Position numbers and translations under genes: made by a program | Source: Octopus sinensis | Lineage: Eukaryota | Length of the DNA: 16,787 nt | NCBI RefSeq assembly: GCF_006345805.1 | Contig: NW_021825070.1 | Span: 1-16,787, forward strand | Reading direction: 5' to 3' | In this document: positions 11,566-16,787 of the stretch, piece after piece | Numbering within the stretch: position 1 is the first letter of the stretch | Layout: every line of letters starts with the position of its first letter | The notes under the pieces: model-generated | The model's database searches: none | Told to the model about the DNA's origin: nothing | What the model saw: the letters and a program-made list of their open reading frames with translations, nothing else

Positions 11566-11637
11566 AATAATTGTAATCGATAAAGACTTTCGAAGCTTCC
11601 CTGTTCAATACTCGAAATATTATTTCCGTTTAAATAT
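11566..11637 (-). CDS. LRR exon E8 (class A), YLNGNNISSIEQGSFESLYRLQLL
   Basis: 72 nt; acceptor ttctttattgctacAG, donor GTaagt; phase 2-2. Confidence 0.92.
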
Positions 11638-11756
11638 CTGTAGCAATAAAGAACAAGGGTAAGAATCATGGAAAATATTTGTGACAACATATGCAATAAT
11701 TATAGGTCTGAATTGAAATAAACAATGACAAGGTATATTGGTAAACACGAAGAAAA

Positions 11757-12212
11757 GTAAGAGGAAGGAGGAGAAGTTGGAGGAGGAGGAGGGGGAGAAG
11801 AAGAAGAAGAAGAGGGAGGAGGAGAAAAAGAAGAAGGAGAAGAAAACGAAGAAGAAGAAGAGGACGGAGAATGAGAAAAAGAAAGAAGAAAAGAAAAAAA
11901 GAAGGAGAAGGTGAAGAAGAAGAAAAAGAAGGAGGAGGAGGTGAAGGAGGAAGTAGAAACGAAAAAGTAGAAAAAGAAGAAAAAGAAAGACGAAGAAAAA
12001 GAGAAGAAGAGAAGAAGAAGAAGAAGAAGAGGAGGGAGAAGAAAGAAGAAGAAGAAGAAGAGGGAGGAGGAGAAAAAGAAGAAGAAGGAAAAGTAGAAGA
12101 AGAAGAAGAAGAAGAAGACGGAGAATGAGAAGAAGAAGAAGAAGAAGAGGACGGAGAATGAGAGAAGAAGAAGAAGAAGAAGAAGAAGAAGAAGAAGAAG
12201 AAGAAGAAGAAA
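11757..12212. repeat. ~450 bp almost pure polypurine (GAA/GAG) tract with internal sub-repeats
   Basis: Directly visible; GACGGAGAATGA recurs three times and GAAGAGGGAGGAGGAGAAAAAGAAGAAG twice. Confidence 0.95.
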
Positions 12213-12799
12213 AAAATACAAAGAATAAGAGGAAAATGAATAGGGAAAGAAGTTGTTTGTTAAGAGGTAGTTGGGGACAAAAGTAGGCACAAAGACCCTC
12301 ATATATGCATATACATGCATCATACGACGGACTGGAATTGATGGACGTGAGGCAGAAGGAAAAGTCAGGCGCACGGCGTGCCACAGGTTTATACTGAGTT
12401 TTAAACCATGTGCTTTGTAACAACATTCCTTCTACACAAACTGCTGTCCCTGGATTATATATGTGTATGTGTCTGAGTGTGCGTGCGTGTGTGTGAGTGG
12501 AAATGCGAATGTGTGTGATCATATATATGTGTGCGTCAGCTCAGAGATGTTCTGAAATGTTTTCTTCGGGAAAGCGAATTCCTTTGTGACATCTGAGTCC
12601 TAAACAATAGGCCATCCATGAATATTTATAAAATCTTATAATTCCCTGCGTGAAGTAACTCTCGATGAAAGTATATTGCTCACACTTTTTCGTTCGTGTA
12701 AAACAGTGTAAAACAATTATTCTGATAGTTTGGTTTTCTGTAAGTATGTGCCTTCTTACAAACACAGGCATAATTGTACACGCCACACACAGATACCTG

Positions 12800-13012
12800 T
12801 TCCTTCCTACTCTAGACACAAATCCCGAAATTGTCGGGGAGGGGCCGGTCGATTAGATCGACCGCAGTATGCAACTGGCACTTAATTTATCGACCCTGAA
12901 AGGATGAAAGGCAAAGTCGACTTCCGCGGAATTTGAACGCAGAACGTAAAGACAGACGAAATACCGCTAAGCATTTCGCCCAGTGTGCTGAGAATTCTGC
13001 CAGCTCACCGCC
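12800..13012 (-). mobile_element. tRNA-derived SINE, family 2 (GGCGGTGAGCTGGCAGAA... head)
   Basis: Minus strand begins GGCGGTGAGCTGGCAGAATT..., has B-box-like GCGTTCAAATTCC and body GTCGACTTTGCCTTTCATCCTTTC...GTCGATCTAATCGAC. It resembles an abundant octopus SINE (recalled, not searched). Confidence 0.85.
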
Positions 13013-13020
13013 TTAAAAAC

Positions 13021-13152
13021 TTTCGTTTCTACTTTAGGGACAAGGCCCCAAAATGTTGGCAATGGGGCCCGTTGATTAGATCGACCACAGTACAAAATTA
13101 ATACTTAATTTATCGACTCCCGAAAGGTGGAAAGACAAAGTCGACCTTGGCG
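13021..13152 (-). mobile_element. 5'-truncated second copy of SINE family 2
   Basis: Shares GATTAGATCGAC, TTAATTTATCGAC and AAAGTCGAC blocks with 12800-13012, same orientation. Confidence 0.8.
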
Positions 13153-13386
13153 CCTTTGTTGACATGTTCACACTCATGCATACGTTCATTATCATACGCA
13201 AAATTTTTGTTTATTCACACACGGACACACACACACACTCGTTCACATCTTCATACAATCACAAACGAAAATATAATAACAAAATATATATTAGAATGGC
13301 AGAGAGAGAGATAACAAGACAGAGAAGACATGAAATTTCTAGTGATATTCCGTTAGCAAAATATTATCAACAAAAATTATACTTAC

Positions 13387-13458
13387 AATTTTTGTAAATT
13401 GGTAAGTCCTCGAAACATTCCACTTTCGACCTTTTCGATTTTATTATATTCCAAAGTT
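13387..13458 (-). CDS. LRR exon E9 (class C), TLEYNKIEKVESGMFRGLTNLQKL
   Basis: 72 nt; acceptor tgttttatgtgacAG, donor GTaagt; flanks homologous to E3. Confidence 0.92.
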
Positions 13459-13819
13459 CTGTCACATAAAACAGAATATAAAACAAATAATATATAAACA
13501 TTTGTAGTCTTAAAATAAAACGGAAAAAGACGGCTATGAAAGAGAAAAGCGTAATGATGATAATAAGGACGAGGAGGGAAGGGGGAGAATGTGGAATAAA
13601 GAGGTGAAAGACCAGGAGAAATTGAGCGGAATTTGGGAGGTGGGGAAGGAAAATGTCATAAAACATAAAGAACTATAGAAGTGGCAAGAGAATATGAAGA
13701 AAGGAAACGACGCATGGAAAATGGAAAAAGCAATAATTTTTAAAAGGAAAGGAACAGAAGGCGATGAACAATGAAGAAGAGGAAAGGTGCAGGAATAAAA
13801 CCCATAGTAGAAGGACGTG

Positions 13820-13837
13820 CTTCTTCTTCTTCTTCTT

Positions 13838-13902
<65 letters not shown>

Positions 13903-13904
13903 GT

Positions 13905-13939
<35 letters not shown>

Positions 13940-14078
13940 TTGTTACTACTACTACGACTACCAGTAGTGGTAGTACTAGTAGCAGCAGCAGCAGTAGTAG
14001 TAGTGGTAGTAGTTGTAGTAGTAGTAGTAGTAGCAGTATTAGTAGTGGTAGTAGTAACAGTAGTAGTTGTAGTAGTAG
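13820..14078. repeat. Inverted microsatellite: (TTC)n(CTA)n facing (TAG)n
   Basis: The arms are reverse complements around ACTACC-AGTAGT-GGTAGT (about 13957-13974). Confidence 0.9.
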
Positions 14079-14140
14079 AAGCATAGGTAGTGGAAGAGGT
14101 GAATAACAAAATGTAGATAAAGAAGAGGAAGCAGAAGATA

Positions 14141-14400
14141 ATGATGATGTTGATGATGATGATGAAGAAGACGAAGAAGAAGAAAAAGAAGAAGAAGGAA
14201 GAAGAAGGAAGAAGAAGGAAGGAGAAGGAAGAAGAAGAAGAAGGAAAAGAAGAAGAAGAAGAAGGAAGAAGAAGGAGAAAAAGAAGAAGAAGAAATGAAG
14301 AAGAAGAAGAAGGGAGAAGAAGAAGAAGAAGAAGGAGAAGAAGAGAAAGAAGAAGGAAGAAGAAGAAGAAGAAGAAGAAGAAGAAGAAGAAGAAGAGAAG
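14141..14400. repeat. (GAT)n then (GAA/GGA)n tract, abutting the duplication junction
   Basis: Directly visible. Confidence 0.93.
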
Positions 14401-14740
14401 AAACAGAAAAGATATGTTTTTAAAGCTAAATGTTAAAGAAGATAAATTCAGAGAAATACTTAAAAGATGACAACGAATAATTTGGAAGTTGAAAACGATC
14501 ACACTCAGATATTTTAAAAATCTAATATCAGTGAAAGGATATCTGGGAAATCGATGCAAATTATAAGTGTTGGAGGAAGGAGAAGGAAATACGTGACTAT
14601 ATTCTAAGTATTAGAATAATAAAATGAAGTGAATGAAGAAGTCGGATATAGAATTGGCAAAAAAAAACGGTAAAGTGCAACTGGTAGAAAAGAAATAAAA
14701 TAAAATATGTTAATACAAATTACATAGTTTCATGTGTGAA

Positions 14741-15032
14741 GGCGCATGGCTCGGTAGTTAGAGCGTCTAGCTTACGATCATGAGGTTGTGAGTTCGAATC
14801 CCGGCCCGTGCTGTGTTCTTGAGCAAGACACTTTATTTCACGTTGCTCCAGTTCACTCAGCTGTAGAAATGAGTTGCGACGTCTCAGGTGTCAAGCTGTA
14901 TCGGTCCCTTTGCCTTTCCCTTGGATAACACTGGTGGCATGGGGAGAGGAGGCGGTATGCATGGGCGACTGCTGACCTTCCAGAAACAACCTTGCCTTCT
15001 AGATGGTCAGTATCATGACCGAGAGGGGTCTC
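14741..15032 (+). mobile_element. tRNA-derived SINE, family 1 (duplicate of 2075-2391, with a 25-nt deletion)
   Basis: Same insertion site (CATGTGTGAA|GGCGCATGG) as the 2075 copy; lacks GGACTTGTGTCTGGGAGGGTAATTT. Confidence 0.88.
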
Positions 15033-15117
15033 AGATGTACATACAAACACTAACATTTACACGAACATACCGGTATACATTTTCGTTAATAAGTCTTGAT
15101 GCAGACATATATATATA

Positions 15118-15151
<34 letters not shown>

Positions 15152-15326
15152 CCTTGTTAACAAACATAAAGGCCTTTTAGAAAGTTCAAACAGATATTGT
15201 ACCAATATGGGAACAGAATATGCGTTAGAGTGAAAAAATAGAGCGAGGGAAAGAGAAACGAGGGCACAGCAAAGTTACATAAAAATAACGTCCATAATGT
15301 ATCTTAACGAAAGTGAACGAACTTAC

Positions 15327-15396
15327 AATTGCTGCAATCGGTAAAGCCTTGGAAGCTTCCTTGTTCAATACTCGAATATTATTTCCATTTAAATAC
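15327..15396 (-). CDS. LRR exon E10 (class A), duplicate of E2; 70 nt as assembled (two 1-nt deletions)
   Basis: Splice sites intact; identical to E2 apart from AAAGGCC>AAAGCC and CGAAAT>CGAAT (+ strand). Either sequencing error or a fresh frameshift. Confidence 0.6.
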
Positions 15397-15677
15397 CTGC
15401 AGCAATAAAGAAACAGGATAACAGTGTTTATTATGGAAAATGCGTGTGATTACATATTGAAATGAAACAAACGATGACAAGACAGATTATGGCAAACAGG
15501 AATAACAGAAAGAAAAACAAGAGAAGACGACGAGGCTGAAAGAGAAGAAGTAGGAAAGAAGAAGAAGAAAAAGAAGAAGGAGAGGAGGAGGAAGAAGGAA
15601 AAGAAGAAAAATAGAAGTAAGGAGAAGAATAAGAAGATTTAAAATATGAGGAAAAATAAGCAGAAGTTGTAGTAGTA

Positions 15678-15716
<39 letters not shown>

Positions 15717-16328
15717 AAGATTCAGAAGAAGAAGAAGAAGAAGAAGGAGAAGAAGAAGAAGACGAAGAAGAAGAAAAAGAAGAAGACAAAAAAGAAGAAG
15801 AAGGAGCAGAGGAGGAAAACGACGCTCATGAAGAAGACACAAAATAATAAGTATAAGAATAATAATGAGTAAAATGTTAAGATGATGATGATGATGATGA
15901 TGATGACATTGATTATGATGTTGAAGGGGAATATCTGCGCGCGCGTGCGTGTGTGTATGCATGTGAGACATGTATTCCATCTGGGTAAAAGAATGATATG
16001 AAAACCGTGTAAAAATGTTTTTAGTAGCACGATTTTTTGTTAATAACTATGATTTCTGTTACAGATCCACTCAGACACCGACAGAGATACGAAATGAACC
16101 CACCACACACAGATACAAATATATATGTTCGCATAAAATAATACTCTCATGCACAACACATTTATTCATTCATACAGAGACATGTACACTCCTACACGTC
16201 TTCATAATCATACAAACGGAGATATAATGGCAGAATATAAATCAGAAATGCAGAAAGAAAAATTAGAAAGAGAAGACAAACTTTCTAGTGATATTACGTT
16301 AATAAAATATCAACGAAATTGAACTTAC

Positions 16329-16399
16329 ATTTCGTAAACTTGGTAAGACTTTGGAAGGTTCTACGTTCGACTTTCTCGATCTTATTATGCTCAAATGTT
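16329..16399 (-). CDS. LRR exon E11 (class C), duplicate of E3; 71 nt as assembled
   Basis: Splice sites intact; reads TFEHNKIEKVERRTFQSLT, then three 1-nt indels (net -1) near the donor. Confidence 0.6.
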
Positions 16400-16787
16400 C
16401 TGTAACATGAAACAGATTATAAAGGAAATAATACAGAAACGGGGTCTGATAAAACATTAAATTTGAAGTTTTAAAATCAGAGGAGGAAAAGAGGGCTATG
16501 AAAGAAAAGCATGACAAAATTACCGAAGGGGACGATTTAGAGTGGGAGATAGAAGAGGAAGGTATGTAGGACCTGAGAGGAGAGGAAGAGCGGAAGTATG
16601 AAGTGGATAGGAGGGGGCGAGTACAAGAGGGAGCAGAATGTGAATGAGAGGCGATGCACAATGAGTAATTGAGCGGAATTACTGAGGATGGTGAAGGAAA
16701 ATAAGTGATGGAATTATGGATTTATAAAATTGCGAGTAAAATACGATGAGCAAAAACGCGCATATAGAAATGGAAAAAGCAGCTGAA

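Larger units (their letters stand above)
1408..16399 (-). other. Internal part of a multi-exon LRR-protein gene (11 one-repeat exon cassettes); continues beyond both window edges
   Basis: Splicing intact exons E9-E8-E7-E6-E5-E3-E2-E1 gives an open frame: TLEYNKIEKVESGMFRGLTNLQKL YLNGNNISSIEQGSFESLYRLQLL SLHRNSISHFSKEIFQGLQSLKEL YLYRNNISSIEQGSFEDLSRLKIL YLKNNTIEKIDHRIFHNLTSLEIL TFEHNKIEKVERRTFQSLTNLQKL YLNGNNISSIEQGSFQGLYRLQQL SLHINNISHIEKGIFQDLPILKKL. This fits LxxLxLxxNxIxxIxxxxFxxL. One 72-nt phase-2 exon per repeat is the architecture of LGR/RXFP/GRL101-type receptors and Slit-like genes; the family cannot be resolved here. Confidence 0.88.
14411..16787 (+). repeat. Segmental duplication, copy 2 (matches 1747-4211), runs off window end
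   Basis: Collinear near-identity with copy 1; many 1-nt indels. Confidence 0.97.

Noticed and set aside
2075-15032. SINE heads as functional tRNA genes, or inverted SINE pairs forming dsRNA
   Set aside because: The heads are fused to repeated SINE bodies. Family 1 copies are all on + and family 2 all on -, so no same-family inverted pair exists in the window.
15327-16399. E11 (-1) plus E10 (-2) indels sum to -3 and might restore the frame
   Set aside because: Joining them as assembled reads ...AAA TGT ATT TAA, a stop at the start of E10.
1408-16399. Regularly recurring conserved motifs with variable spacers suggesting a CRISPR-like or recombination-signal array
   Set aside because: The repeats are explained as spliceosomal exons with kb-scale introns. 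There is no CRISPR spacing, and I saw no RSS-like heptamer/nonamer or other sign of somatic DNA assembly.
1408-16399. Naming the gene (GRL101/RXFP/LGR, Slit, Toll-like, LRRC15-like)
   Set aside because: Only generic 24-aa LRRs are present; no diagnostic domain lies in the window.
1551-16661. Most ORF-track entries (poly-K/E/S/L/Y/I/T/F, up to 341 aa, e.g. 11620..12522, 13534..14559, 8194..8874)
   Set aside because: They are translations of stop-free trinucleotide and dinucleotide microsatellites, open in several overlapping frames, with no domain signature and lying in inferred introns.

Overview
AT-rich, microsatellite-laden eukaryotic (animal) genomic DNA. The SINE sequences look like octopus SINEs, but this is recalled rather than searched. 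Nearly all ORF-track entries are repeat artefacts. The real coding content, which the track misses, is a minus-strand array of 11 small exon cassettes. Each is nominally 72 nt, bounded by YAG and GTAAGT, in phase 2-2, and encodes one 24-aa 'typical' leucine-rich repeat. Eight cassettes are intact, one is a decayed pseudo-exon, and two are near-identical duplicates with 1-nt indels. The cassettes fall into three classes (A, B, C), defined by exon plus flanking-intron homology, and alternate strictly in transcription order: C A C A B A C (A-pseudo) C A B. Positions 1747-4211 are repeated at 14411-16787, consistent with a ~12.6 kb tandem duplication that broke in a (GAA)n tract. The introns hold two dead mariner elements, five SINE copies from two families, a tRNA-like element and many trinucleotide microsatellites. 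No start, stop, cap, TM or signalling domain is in the window, so the gene cannot be named. The picture is an LRR ectodomain evolving by cassette birth, death and shuffling. Whether it is also alternatively spliced cannot be seen from DNA.
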